DNA of 64,000 bases from an uncultured Bdellovibrio sp. (GTDB taxonomy: Bacteria; Bdellovibrionota; Bdellovibrionia; Bdellovibrionales; Bdellovibrionaceae), in assembly GCA_963932905.1 (NCBI GenBank), contig CAWVRN010000005.1:96001-160000 (forward strand). Direction: 5' to 3'. A model generated the notes under the pieces. The model ran no database searches and was not told where the DNA came from. It saw nothing but the letters and a program-made list of their open reading frames with translations. Positions 1 to 9,589 of the stretch are shown here, in pieces. The translations under genes were made by a program, and so were the position numbers. Numbering within the stretch: the first letter of the stretch is position 1; the number at the start of each line of letters is the position of its first letter.

Positions 1-191
1 ATAGTTTTTTTTATAATCATCCAGTTATCAATGATGAGAATGAATTTTAGGGGGGGCGGTCGTCCAATGCGGGTCTATAGCTAGGATTTAGTCGAGTCAG
101 CGTCGAGAAAACCGTGTTGCTTAGCATTTGGTCTCGGTATGTATTCAGCAGTGAATCATAATAGTTGTCATGGCGCCGTGTTTTTATCGAC

Positions 192-218
192 TTAATTTTT
201 AGGTTTGAAAACCGATAG
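192..218 (+). promoter_or_regulatory. Putative sigma28 (FliA)-type promoter of the diguanylate cyclase gene
   Basis: TTAATTTT-N11-ACCGATAG versus consensus TAAAGTTT-N11-GCCGATAA; ATG lies 7 nt downstream. Confidence 0.5.
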
Positions 219-225
219 ATTGACC

Positions 226-1545
226 ATGGATTTTAATGTTTTTGAAAACTCATTTGATGTGGTGATTGTTTATGATGATGCCGGACTCATTGAGTACGCT
301 AACTCGTCCTTCTATTTATTCTCGGGGTTATCGGTCGCTCGCGTAGTTGGAAAAATGAATTTAACCAAAGTATTTTTGGAAATGGACGACCAACCGTTAC
401 TACTAAGCAGTTTCGTGGGTATAAAAGACGCGCGACCAATGAAAGTCGTTTCCTTTAAAACAAAAAACATTGAAAAAGGTTTGGGTCAGTATTCTATCGT
501 TCCCTATGAAGGGAAAAATATCCTGTTCTTCAAAGACGTCACTGTAGAAGAGGAACTTCACAAGAAATACCGCCGAGAGATGGGTTTAAAAGATAAAAAG
601 ATCGAGGAAATGGACTCTTTAATCGAACTTCTTCAAAAGACACGTTTGGTAAAAGAACCGGGCGAAATTTTGGAAGAGTTTATCAAACATATTCTAAATA
701 ATTTTGGTTTGGGCGTGGGCTTTTTGAAAAACAATGAAAAGCAAACAGTCATCAAATTAATAAATTCGAATCATTTGGGGCAGTCATCTGTGTTTGATTC
801 TTTAAATAAAAAAATTCAAGGCATGACTCCATCGGCGAAATATACCTACATAGATTCTTCAAAAATTAAAGACATGTTTTCAACAACGCATATTCACAGT
901 ATGGTCGTGATCCCAATAAATCCGCAATCGAAAGACGCGTTTGAAATATTTTTGCCAATTCACGGCCCCGAAAAGGATCAGCAGTTTGATCACCAAAAAG
1001 TGATTACGCTGTCGGAACAAATGAAGTTATTGATTCAAAACATGGCACTTGAACGTTTATCTATTTTTGATGACCTAACGAAGTTACACAATTCCAGATT
1101 TTTCAGAGAAAAGCTAACCGAATATACGAATCGATATGAAAAGTTGAATCTAGTATTATTAGATATCGATTTTTTTAAAAAGGTAAACGACACATATGGA
1201 CATCCTGGTGGAGACGCTGTGTTGGTTCATGTGGGTGGAATATTGAAACTGTATCAGGATAAAGAGGTTATGGTATCCCGTGTAGGTGGAGAGGAGTTTG
1301 CAATCCTAGCGCCAAATCAATCCTTAGATGAGACTTTGGATATGGCCGCTAAGATTTCAGAGCAAATCAAATCCAGCGTAATCTATTACGATGATAAGCA
1401 GATCAAATGTACAATTAGCATTGGTATTTGTAGCTGGAACCCAGAAGTGCAATCGGTTAGGGACTTCTATAAAAAGACCGATGAGGCGCTGTATGAAAGT
1501 AAAGCGAATGGTCGTGATCGCATAACGGTACTGCAGTCGGCGTAG
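226..1545 (+). CDS. Diguanylate cyclase with N-terminal PAS/coiled coil and C-terminal GGDEF domain
   Basis: DDLTKLHN, LDIDFFKKVNDTYGHPGGD and SRVGGEEF motifs; no RxxD I-site (DKEV at that position). The ORF track starts at TTG 205, but ATG 226 is more likely. Confidence 0.92.
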   Translation: MDFNVFENSFDVVIVYDDAGLIEYANSSFYLFSGLSVARVVGKMNLTKVFLEMDDQPLLLSSFVGIKDARPMKVVSFKTKNIEKGLGQYSIVPYEGKNILFFKDVTVEEELHKKYRREMGLKDKKIEEMDSLIELLQKTRLVKEPGEILEEFIKHILNNFGLGVGFLKNNEKQTVIKLINSNHLGQSSVFDSLNKKIQGMTPSAKYTYIDSSKIKDMFSTTHIHSMVVIPINPQSKDAFEIFLPIHGPEKDQQFDHQKVITLSEQMKLLIQNMALERLSIFDDLTKLHNSRFFREKLTEYTNRYEKLNLVLLDIDFFKKVNDTYGHPGGDAVLVHVGGILKLYQDKEVMVSRVGGEEFAILAPNQSLDETLDMAAKISEQIKSSVIYYDDKQIKCTISIGICSWNPEVQSVRDFYKKTDEALYESKANGRDRITVLQSA

Positions 1546-1754
1546 TAATTCAGTGCGTGTCATAATGATGCGATCTGGATTTACGCCTAGTAAAGTTTTG
1601 ATGAATGTATTGTTTTGATTCAGATTAAAACTTTTACAGCAGTATCTCTTGAATACAGATGTAGATTATGAAAACATATAAGAGTCTAAATAAGAAAAAT
1701 TAATTTTTATTATAGAAATTAAAAAAAAGAAACAAACAATAAATAGGAGCACGT

Positions 1755-2345
1755 ATGAAAACACCAAAAGTTTTAAATAACCAAAAAGGTTTCTCGCTAG
1801 TCGAGTTAATGGTCGTCGTTGCGATCATTGGTATCTTAGCTGTCATTGGTATTCCTCAATATCAAAAGTTCATGTCTAAGGCACGTCAAGCGGAAGCGAA
1901 GACACATTTGAATGCCATTTTCCAAGGTGAAGCGTCTTTCTTCACAGAGTATAATAACTATACTGTAAGTATGAAATCTATTGGTGCCGCAGCTACGGGT
2001 AACAACTTAAGATATAATGCCGGTGCTTCTACTCTGAATGCATGTGCAGCTGTGAATCCGAACATGCCGCCCGAACAGGTTGCTGCAGCGGATGATGCGA
2101 ATGACTTTCTTGATGCAGCTGTGAATGCCGGTGCCAATCCAGGTACTTGGCAGTATTTTGCGGCTGATGCTGAAAATGACGCTGCTGCCTTCACCTCAGT
2201 TTGTACTGCGGCTGCATACACTCTACATGCTTGGGGCAATCCAACGAACGTGAATGGCGCGGCTCCAAATAATGCTCAGAACAACTTGGATCGTTTCTCA
2301 ATCAATCAAAACAGAGTATTGCAACATGTTTCTGTGGGTATGTAA
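1755..2345 (+). CDS. pilA: Type IVa major pilin
   Basis: Class III signal peptide QKG|FSLVELMVVVAIIGILAVIGIP, KARQAEAK helix, two Cys in the variable region, AGGAG RBS and its own terminator. Confidence 0.9.
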   Translation: MKTPKVLNNQKGFSLVELMVVVAIIGILAVIGIPQYQKFMSKARQAEAKTHLNAIFQGEASFFTEYNNYTVSMKSIGAAATGNNLRYNAGASTLNACAAVNPNMPPEQVAAADDANDFLDAAVNAGANPGTWQYFAADAENDAAAFTSVCTAAAYTLHAWGNPTNVNGAAPNNAQNNLDRFSINQNRVLQHVSVGM

Positions 2346-2371
2346 GAACTTACAAATTATTTAAAATGTTG

Positions 2372-2401
2372 AAAAAAGGGAGTTATATAGCTCCCTTTTT
2401 T
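2372..2401 (+). terminator. Rho-independent terminator after pilA (possibly bidirectional)
   Basis: AAAAAAGGGAGTTATATAGCTCCCTTTTTT hairpin with T tract. Confidence 0.85.
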
Positions 2402-2450
2402 GTTTTAATAATTGCTTCCCAATGAATAGAAATGTCGTTATTTTATTAGT

Positions 2451-3149
2451 ATGTCATCCGTTTTTTTCTCAGCTGTCTTTGCGATATTAATTGTATTTCT
2501 AAATTCCAATTTGAGGTTTTTCACCTCTGAGAAATATCAGTCTCCGTTAATATGTGTAAGCTCTCTTGCAAGTCATTTTTCTGTTGGTTTAAACTCTCAG
2601 ATAGTCGATGCCTTTTGGATTCGTTTTTTACAAGAGTTAGACGCCTATAACCAGATGGCTATTGCTGAACCGCACTTGTGTCCAGATAAAACATCCAGTT
2701 GGCACTTTCATATTATGAACGTAGCGACGGACTTGGATGGAAAGTTTTACGAGCTCATGGTGCATGCGCCATTATTGGTGGCTATCACAATAGGGGACTC
2801 TAAGGGCGCTTCCATTTTATTTGATAAGTCTGTAGCTAATTTTCCTAACGATTGGAAAATTCTTTATCGTGCTTCTTACCAAGCTCAAATAGAAGAGCGA
2901 AACAATAAAAAAGCTGCCGAGTTGCTTTATCGCGCGGGTAAAAACGGCGCACCTCGCTGGGTAATGAGTTTAGCGGGGGGGCTTTATAACGAAGCGGGAA
3001 GTCGAAGAATGGCGGAACAGATTTATAGCGAACTTCTCGCAGATGAAAAAGATGTTTCCGTTGCTAAACGATTAAAGCAGAAATTGGAAAGTAAGTTAAA
3101 GAATTTCTATGAGCAACCTCCTCCGGCTCCAGAGGAAAAACGGGAGTAA
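2451..3149 (+). CDS. Pilin-associated membrane-anchored helical/TPR-like protein, resembling deltaproteobacterial PilG-type accessory proteins
   Basis: N-terminal hydrophobic segment; DAFWIR and TDLDGKFYE followed by TPR-like helices; located directly after pilA. Confidence 0.6.
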   Translation: MSSVFFSAVFAILIVFLNSNLRFFTSEKYQSPLICVSSLASHFSVGLNSQIVDAFWIRFLQELDAYNQMAIAEPHLCPDKTSSWHFHIMNVATDLDGKFYELMVHAPLLVAITIGDSKGASILFDKSVANFPNDWKILYRASYQAQIEERNNKKAAELLYRAGKNGAPRWVMSLAGGLYNEAGSRRMAEQIYSELLADEKDVSVAKRLKQKLESKLKNFYEQPPPAPEEKRE

Positions 3150-3151
3150 AT

Positions 3152-3703
3152 ATGAAAACCCACTTAAAAGCTTTAATTGTTACAATCTTAGTGTTTTTTT
3201 TGTTAGTAGGGCTTTATTATAGTTTTACCTCTAACAAGCAAAATGCTTCTGATCAGCGTAAGCCTGTAATTGATGCCAAATTAGTACTCCCTCAAAGTGA
3301 CCTCAAAACCCTCTCCCACGGTAAACTCAACCTCGAACAATTCGCAGACAAGATCATCATTTTCAACTTTTGGGCTAGCTGGTGTGCGCCCTGTATTGAA
3401 GAGGTTCCGTCTCTCATTACGTTAGTAAAAGCGGATACAAACATCGTCGTCATTGCGGTTTCTGGTGATCAGAACAAAGACGATATTCATGCCTTCTTGA
3501 AGTCGTTCCCGGGCTTCAATAAACCACCGATCTATGTGGTACAGGAAAATATGAAAGCTTTAATGGATCATTTCAAGGTTGATAAGCTTCCCGAGAGTTT
3601 CATCTTTAACCCCAAGGGCGAAATGGTTAAGAAAATTTCAGGTACAATAAATTGGCACACGCCAGAGTCTATTGAGTATTTTAAAGTCATTCGGAGTCAA
3701 TAG
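3152..3703 (+). CDS. TlpA/ResA-family thiol-disulfide oxidoreductase
   Basis: N-terminal membrane anchor, NFWASWCAPC active site, LPESFIF cis-Pro motif. Confidence 0.9.
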   Translation: MKTHLKALIVTILVFFLLVGLYYSFTSNKQNASDQRKPVIDAKLVLPQSDLKTLSHGKLNLEQFADKIIIFNFWASWCAPCIEEVPSLITLVKADTNIVVIAVSGDQNKDDIHAFLKSFPGFNKPPIYVVQENMKALMDHFKVDKLPESFIFNPKGEMVKKISGTINWHTPESIEYFKVIRSQ

Positions 3704-3736
3704 GCCGAAAACTCTAGGAAATTTACCTTGTCTTAC

Positions 3737-3764
3737 TTGACACAAGTTATAAAAAAAACATAAT
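3737..3764 (+). promoter_or_regulatory. Putative sigma70 promoter of dnaJ
   Basis: TTGACA-N16-CATAAT upstream of the CAGGAG RBS and ATG 3788. Confidence 0.55.
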
Positions 3765-3787
3765 TGTTTGGTCTCACAGGAGTTTGC

Positions 3788-4915
3788 ATGTCTAGTTCGC
3801 AAGATTATTACCAAACATTGGGCGTAGCCCGTGATGCTGATGCTGATACCATAAAAAAAGCGTATCGCAAATTAGCTATGCAATTTCATCCCGATCGCAA
3901 TCCCGGCGATAAAGAAGCAGAAGATAAATTCAAAGAAGCAGCCGAAGCTTACGATGTCCTAAGTAATTCCGAAAAACGTGCACAGTATGATCGATTTGGT
4001 CATGCGGCCTTTAAACAGTCCGGTGGACGCGGCTTTCAGGGTGGTTTCGATAATGCGGAAGATATCTTCTCAAACTTCGGCGATATTTTCGGTGATTTAT
4101 TTGGTGGCATGGGTGGCGGTCAAAAACGCTCCAGCCGTTCACGTACAGAGCCTCGTAAGGGTGCTGATCTTCGCTACTTGTGCGAAATTTCACTGAAAGA
4201 CGTGATCACTGGGTTAGAAAAGGAAATTGAATTCGAAACCGAAGAAAACTGCAAAGACTGTAACGGTTCGGGCGCAGAAAAAGGCTCTCAAGCGGAAACG
4301 TGTTCAATGTGCGGTGGCCAAGGCCAAGTCGTCACTCGCCAAGGATTTTTCTCGATGCAAACGGCGTGTCCGCAATGTCGCGGTGAAGGCCAAATTATTA
4401 AAAAGCCTTGCCGCACGTGTAAAGGTTCCGGCCGCAACGAGAAATCAAAACGCATTCAAGTTACAATCCCGGCTGGCGTCGATACAGGAACTCGTCTGCG
4501 AATTTCTGGTGAAGGTGAAGGTGGTTACCGTGGTGGATCTCCAGGCGATTTGTATGTCGAGATTCGAGTGAAAGATAGCGATAAATATGAACGTCATGGC
4601 AGCGATCTGCACACCATTTTAAAAGTTCCTTATGTCCAAATGTTATTGGGCGGTCAAATTGAAGTATCGACGTTAACATCCGATGAGAAATTAGAAATTC
4701 CAAAGGCGTCTCAACCGGGCTCGCAAGTCAAACTGGCTGGCCATGGTTTCCCATCACTACGTTCTCAACGTCGTGGAGATATGTTTTTCCATCTAGAAGC
4801 CGAGTACCCTAAAAAGATCTCAGGTGAGGAAGAAAAACTATTGAAGGAAATCGCAAAACTCTACAAACTCGAGGAGGCGGACTCTAAATCGGGATTTTTT
4901 GGTAAAAAGAAATAA
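3788..4915 (+). CDS. dnaJ: Chaperone DnaJ
   Basis: J domain with HPD, G/F-rich region, four CxxCxGxG repeats; ATG 3788 has an RBS (ORF track start 3764). Confidence 0.97.
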   Translation: MSSSQDYYQTLGVARDADADTIKKAYRKLAMQFHPDRNPGDKEAEDKFKEAAEAYDVLSNSEKRAQYDRFGHAAFKQSGGRGFQGGFDNAEDIFSNFGDIFGDLFGGMGGGQKRSSRSRTEPRKGADLRYLCEISLKDVITGLEKEIEFETEENCKDCNGSGAEKGSQAETCSMCGGQGQVVTRQGFFSMQTACPQCRGEGQIIKKPCRTCKGSGRNEKSKRIQVTIPAGVDTGTRLRISGEGEGGYRGGSPGDLYVEIRVKDSDKYERHGSDLHTILKVPYVQMLLGGQIEVSTLTSDEKLEIPKASQPGSQVKLAGHGFPSLRSQRRGDMFFHLEAEYPKKISGEEEKLLKEIAKLYKLEEADSKSGFFGKKK

Positions 4916-4917
4916 CT

Positions 4918-5361
4918 ATGGATGATCGAGCCAATGTACTAGTCCCAGCTTCAGAATTTGCAAAAATTCTGGCTGACGATCCTAAGGAGTTAAACCAGGC
5001 CGAGCTTAACCGTGGTAACTCAGTCCTTTTAGTCTACAATGACGAAAATTTTGGCTCTCGATTCCCTGATTTAAATTCCCTTAAATTAAGCGTTCTGAAA
5101 ATGGCGATCGAGGATATTTCAGGTCGAGCTCAGATTCTATCTGCCAACAGCATTGGCGTGACCTTTCTTGAAAACAAGCTACAAACGTTTTTAACTCCAT
5201 TTGGAGGGACAACCGAAGGCACAATTGTTTACAAAATAGGCATTAAAAACACGATCGCATTTCAGAAATGGCGTCAGGGCGAGGCTACTGATATCTCACA
5301 AGAAGACATAAATTCAGCTATTTATCGCTTAGTATTTGAGTGGTCCAAACTCCTAAAATAA
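4918..5361 (+). CDS. Hypothetical protein between dnaJ and dnaK (not GrpE)
   Basis: 147-aa ORF starting 2 nt after the dnaJ stop; no recognisable motif. Confidence 0.7.
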   Translation: MDDRANVLVPASEFAKILADDPKELNQAELNRGNSVLLVYNDENFGSRFPDLNSLKLSVLKMAIEDISGRAQILSANSIGVTFLENKLQTFLTPFGGTTEGTIVYKIGIKNTIAFQKWRQGEATDISQEDINSAIYRLVFEWSKLLK

Positions 5362-5374
5362 TTGTCCTGTAGAC

Positions 5375-5402
5375 CTTGACCTAATTGATTTCAGCCCCAT
5401 TT
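5375..5402 (+). promoter_or_regulatory. Sigma32 (RpoH)-type heat-shock promoter of dnaK
   Basis: CTTGAC-N14-CCCCATTT versus consensus CTTGAA-N13/14-CCCCATNT. Confidence 0.75.
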
Positions 5403-5443
5403 TGAACTATGAGATTGATTCATAATTAAGGGAGATAAATACT

Positions 5444-7360
5444 ATGGGAAAAATTATTGGTATAGACTTAGGAACAACTAACTCGGTCGTAGCAATTATG
5501 GAAGGCGGCGAGCCTAAAGTTCTTGTGAACGAAGAAGGAGCTAGAACGACTCCCTCAGTTGTGGCCTATACAAAAGATAATGAACGATTAGCAGGTCAAA
5601 TTGCTAAACGTCAGGCCGTAACAAATCCAGAAAACACAATTTACTCAGCAAAACGTTTCATCGGTCGTCGATTTTCTGAGATCCAAGAAGAAATTAAATT
5701 AGTTCCTTACACTGTGGTGGAAAAAGGAAACGATATTGGTTTCAAAGTTCGCGATAAAGTGATTTCTCCAGAAGAAATCGGTGCCGCGGTTTTGGCTAAA
5801 CTTAAAAAAGTGGCGGAAGATTATTTAGGCCAGGAAGTGACGGAAGCGGTTGTAACTGTTCCTGCTTATTTCAACGATGCTCAAAGACAAGCAACTAAAG
5901 ATGCGGGTCGTATCGCTGGTTTAGAAATCAAGCGTATCATCAACGAGCCGACAGCAGCCGCGCTAGCTTACGGTTTAGATAAAAAGAAAAATGAAAAAAT
6001 CGCTATCTACGACTTCGGTGGTGGTACATTCGATATCTCGATCCTAGAAGTGGGTGACGGTGTTGTTGAAGTTCGTTCAACAAACGGTGACACGCATCTG
6101 GGTGGTGATAACTTCGATATTCGTATCCTTGAATGGATGATCGCTGAATTCAAAAAAGATCAAGGTATCGATTTGAAAAATGATAAAATGGCGCTTCAAC
6201 GTTTGAAAGAAGCGGCAGAGAAAGCAAAGATCGACTTGTCTTCATCACAAGAGACAGACATCAATCTTCCATTTATCACAATGGACCAAACAGGTCCTAA
6301 GCATTTACAGTTAAAACTTTCTCGTTCTAAATTTGAACAAATGGTTGAAGATTTAGTTACTAAATCTATCGAACCGTGTAAGCAAGCATTGAAAGATGCT
6401 GGTTTGAAAGCCTCTGAAGTGGATGAAATCGTCCTAGTGGGTGGTTCAACTCGTGTTCCTGCGATCCAAAAAGCCGTTAAGGACTTCTTTGGTAAAGAGC
6501 CAAATCGTTCCGTTAACGTGGATGAAGTGGTTGCGATCGGTGCGGCAGTTCAGGGTGGTGTGTTAGCGGGTGATGTGAAAGACGTTCTGTTATTAGACGT
6601 GAATCCTCTTTCACTTGGTATCGAAACTTTGGGCGGTGTTATGACTCCGCTGATCGAAAAGAACACTACGATTCCTACAAAGAAATCGCAGATCTTCTCG
6701 ACAGCTGCGGATAACCAACCGGGCGTGGAAATCCACGTACTTCAAGGTGAACGTAAAATGGCTCCAGATAATAAATCTTTAGGCCGTTTCGAGTTGACTG
6801 GAATTCCGTCGGCTCCACGTGGTGTACCTCAAATTGAAGTGACGTTTGATATCGATGCGAATGGTATCTTGAATGTATCTGCGAAAGATATGGCTTCTGG
6901 TAAAACTCAACAAATCAAAATCACTGCACAAAGTGGTTTGACTGAAGAGGAAATCAAAAAAGCGGTTCAAGAAGCTGAATTACGTGCTGAAGAAGATAAA
7001 GCGAAACTGGAAGCTGCGAAAAACCGTAATGAACTAGAAAATCTTGTTTACCAAACAGAAAAACTAGTGAAAGATAACGGCGCAAAAATTCCAGACGGTG
7101 AGAAGAAAACTCTAGAAACTTTAATGGCTGATGCTAAAAAAGTTCTAGATAACAAATCTTCAACTGGTGACGAGTTAAAAGCTCAATTCACTAAGTTACA
7201 AGAAGCATCTCACAAGTTATCAGCTGAGATGTATAAAAACGCAGGTGGTGCTCAAGGTGCCCAAGGCGGAGCGGCTCCAGGCGGCGAACAAACAGCAGAT
7301 GCAGGTGCTAAAAAAGACGGCGACGACGTTATCGACGCTGACTACAAAGACGTTAACTAA
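5444..7360 (+). CDS. dnaK: Chaperone DnaK (Hsp70)
   Basis: [25 protein letters not shown] signatures; strongly biased codon usage. Confidence 0.99.
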   Translation: MGKIIGIDLGTTNSVVAIMEGGEPKVLVNEEGARTTPSVVAYTKDNERLAGQIAKRQAVTNPENTIYSAKRFIGRRFSEIQEEIKLVPYTVVEKGNDIGFKVRDKVISPEEIGAAVLAKLKKVAEDYLGQEVTEAVVTVPAYFNDAQRQATKDAGRIAGLEIKRIINEPTAAALAYGLDKKKNEKIAIYDFGGGTFDISILEVGDGVVEVRSTNGDTHLGGDNFDIRILEWMIAEFKKDQGIDLKNDKMALQRLKEAAEKAKIDLSSSQETDINLPFITMDQTGPKHLQLKLSRSKFEQMVEDLVTKSIEPCKQALKDAGLKASEVDEIVLVGGSTRVPAIQKAVKDFFGKEPNRSVNVDEVVAIGAAVQGGVLAGDVKDVLLLDVNPLSLGIETLGGVMTPLIEKNTTIPTKKSQIFSTAADNQPGVEIHVLQGERKMAPDNKSLGRFELTGIPSAPRGVPQIEVTFDIDANGILNVSAKDMASGKTQQIKITAQSGLTEEEIKKAVQEAELRAEEDKAKLEAAKNRNELENLVYQTEKLVKDNGAKIPDGEKKTLETLMADAKKVLDNKSSTGDELKAQFTKLQEASHKLSAEMYKNAGGAQGAQGGAAPGGEQTADAGAKKDGDDVIDADYKDVN

Positions 7361-7365
7361 AATGG

Positions 7366-7416
7366 GTGCCAGGCTACTTTTCTGGAAGCAACGCTTCCAG
7401 AAAAGTAGCCTGGCAC
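7366..7416. repeat. Perfect 24-bp inverted repeat between convergent genes (REP-like palindrome or bidirectional terminator)
   Basis: GTGCCAGGCTACTTTTCTGGAAGC-AAC-GCTTCCAGAAAAGTAGCCTGGCAC. Confidence 0.85.
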
Positions 7417-7423
7417 TTTCTGT

Positions 7424-7669
7424 TTATTTTTTCTTTTTGTCGGCTTTTACTTCGATGGTTGAGGCTGTCATTGAGTATTCGATAGTTACTTTGTCGCCTA
7501 CTTTAACTTCGGCGGCGCCTTTGGTTGTTGGGGCTTTGGCTAGTTCCCATTTTTCTTTACCTTTTTGAACTACGATTTTTGTGTCTGTCACTTCTAGTAC
7601 CGGGCCGGTTACTTGGTAGGCCATTGCGGATAGTGAAAGTAAGCTAATTAATACTGCGATCTTTTTCAT
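7424..7669 (-). CDS. Small secreted beta-rich protein (possible OB-like fold)
   Basis: Signal peptide ending AMA|Y, AGGAG RBS, YQVTGPVLEV...VKVGDKVTIEY. Confidence 0.75.
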   Translation of the reverse strand: MKKIAVLISLLSLSAMAYQVTGPVLEVTDTKIVVQKGKEKWELAKAPTTKGAAEVKVGDKVTIEYSMTASTIEVKADKKKK

Positions 7670-7742
7670 GAAGACTCCTTTGTTTGTGAACCATTAGGCT
7701 ATCTCAAAAAAGTCTTCTGTCTAGATTAGATGCGATAAGTAA

Positions 7743-9515
7743 CTAATTTAGGGCTTTGCCTTCTTCTATTTTCTTTTTCAACTCGGCTAGGCGTTTTACA
7801 TAGCGGTGAGTTCTGACGGCTTCGTCTTTAGGTAGTTCGGTTGACTGAATCGCTTTTGAAATGCGCTCTAAAGGTTCTTTCTTCAATCCTTTTTTGGCCT
7901 CGATTTCTGATACCAAATAGATGGCGCGCAGTTGGTTGTCACCGTAGGAATAAGTCAGAGCATTTTGTGCGTATTTAAGAGCCTCATCCCATTCTTTTAA
8001 ATCTTTCAACACGCTGGCATAGTTATAATGGAACGTAAATTCGCGTGGGTAAACATCGATAATTTTTTCGTACTCGGCTCGCGCACCTTTGACATCGCCG
8101 GATTTGTAGATCGAATAGATACGCTCAAGGTTGTATCCACGATTTGTTGCCGGGTTTTGTTTATATTTTGCGATCAGGTTGTCATATTCTTTTACGATTT
8201 CGGCGTGGGTTTTTTTCTCGTTGTCTGTTTGACCTAATTTTTCAAATGAGTCAGCTTTGTAGTAAAGTAGTTCTAAACGAGTGATCAAATTTAAATCTAA
8301 CGTTTTTTTGGCTAAAGTCGTATTCAGTTTTTTGATATTTGTTTCGTGAACCCACTTTTTCAGTTCTTCATCTTTTAAAGAATCCGCTGTGTTCGTGATC
8401 AGATCTAATTTCTGATGGTAGAAGTCAGAAACGGGGAATTGTTCAAACAAGCTCTTCAGAAGAGGCAATTGTGTCTTGCTCAGCTGGCCTTTATTAGCTT
8501 TAGACTCAGCCAACAACGGCAGCAGTAGAGCCAATTCTTTTTGAGCGAGCGTTACGTGGATATCCTGCATAGCTTGAGAGATATAGGGAAGAGTGCCTTC
8601 GTAGTTTTCTGTGGCAACTAACGCATCGATGATTTCTGAGGCTAGTTTCGGAGTCGGTTTCGTTTTAAAATCGTCCATCTTCTTGGCTAGACTGGTGTTT
8701 TTGTTTTTGATGGCGTAGTCCATTATCTTTACGACTTGTTTTTCAGGAAGATTGCCCAGAAACCGAGTGATTTCTTCACCGGTAGATGTTGCCAAAACAA
8801 CAGTTGGGTATCCCGTCACCGCGTATTTAGATTTTAAATCCCAAGACACTTTGTCATCGGCATCTAGTTTCAACAGAACCATGTTTTTAGCTTTGCCGGC
8901 AAAACCGGGAGTTTTGAAAACAGTTTCGTCAAGGATGTTACACGGCGGGCACCATGTTCCAAAAAAATCGATGAACAATGGCTTGCCAGTAGTGCGAGCT
9001 ATTTCCAACGCCATCTTCGGATCATTCGTAATAAATAATTCTTTTTTGTGAGCCGTTTCTGATGACTTTACGACACCTGTGGGCACCGTGGACGGGCCAT
9101 TGATTTCGGTTGAGGAAACAGTGATGGTGCCTTTGTTGGTAAACTCGGGTTTTGTGGACAACTTTTTGATATCGTCGCAAGTGACCGCCATGTTCTGAGG
9201 CGCGCAAAACGTTTTCTTGTCATCGCAAACGTAGGTTTGTACTTGGTAATCACATTTGCCTTCGCTAGAAACCGTCACCTCAAGTAGCGTCGGTGTCAAA
9301 GTTGAGGGCTTAACATCTTGGCCATTTTTTAAAATTTTTGTCGGTGCCTCTAAGTTGTAGTGATGAGCTGTGTTGGGTTTTACTTTCAAAACTAAATTGG
9401 TGCCTGATTTTTCAAGACGAGCCGACTGAAGGGATTTTCCAAATGCTTGAGCCTGAGTATTTTGGCTGAGACCAACGACTAAAACTAGAGTGGTTACTAA
9501 CATCAATTTATTCAT
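7743..9515 (-). CDS. Secreted thioredoxin-family protein with DsbD-N-like domain and TPR region
   Basis: Signal peptide; YVCDDKKTFC; DFFGTWCPPC with GYPT; C-terminal TPR-like helices. Confidence 0.8.
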   Translation of the reverse strand: MNKLMLVTTLVLVVGLSQNTQAQAFGKSLQSARLEKSGTNLVLKVKPNTAHHYNLEAPTKILKNGQDVKPSTLTPTLLEVTVSSEGKCDYQVQTYVCDDKKTFCAPQNMAVTCDDIKKLSTKPEFTNKGTITVSSTEINGPSTVPTGVVKSSETAHKKELFITNDPKMALEIARTTGKPLFIDFFGTWCPPCNILDETVFKTPGFAGKAKNMVLLKLDADDKVSWDLKSKYAVTGYPTVVLATSTGEEITRFLGNLPEKQVVKIMDYAIKNKNTSLAKKMDDFKTKPTPKLASEIIDALVATENYEGTLPYISQAMQDIHVTLAQKELALLLPLLAESKANKGQLSKTQLPLLKSLFEQFPVSDFYHQKLDLITNTADSLKDEELKKWVHETNIKKLNTTLAKKTLDLNLITRLELLYYKADSFEKLGQTDNEKKTHAEIVKEYDNLIAKYKQNPATNRGYNLERIYSIYKSGDVKGARAEYEKIIDVYPREFTFHYNYASVLKDLKEWDEALKYAQNALTYSYGDNQLRAIYLVSEIEAKKGLKKEPLERISKAIQSTELPKDEAVRTHRYVKRLAELKKKIEEGKALN

Positions 9516-9589
9516 AAAACCTCGATGTTCTATTTCTATATCCGCATAAAAGTGTTGGTCAAACTAGAACTTTGCTATAGCGTTAAGGG

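Noticed and set aside
1..20. Possible minus-strand gene start (ATG at 20) running off the window
   Set aside because: Only six codons are visible, so it cannot be supported
3704..3787. CIRCE element upstream of dnaJ or dnaK
   Set aside because: No TTAGCACTC-N9-GAGTGCTAA match in either upstream region
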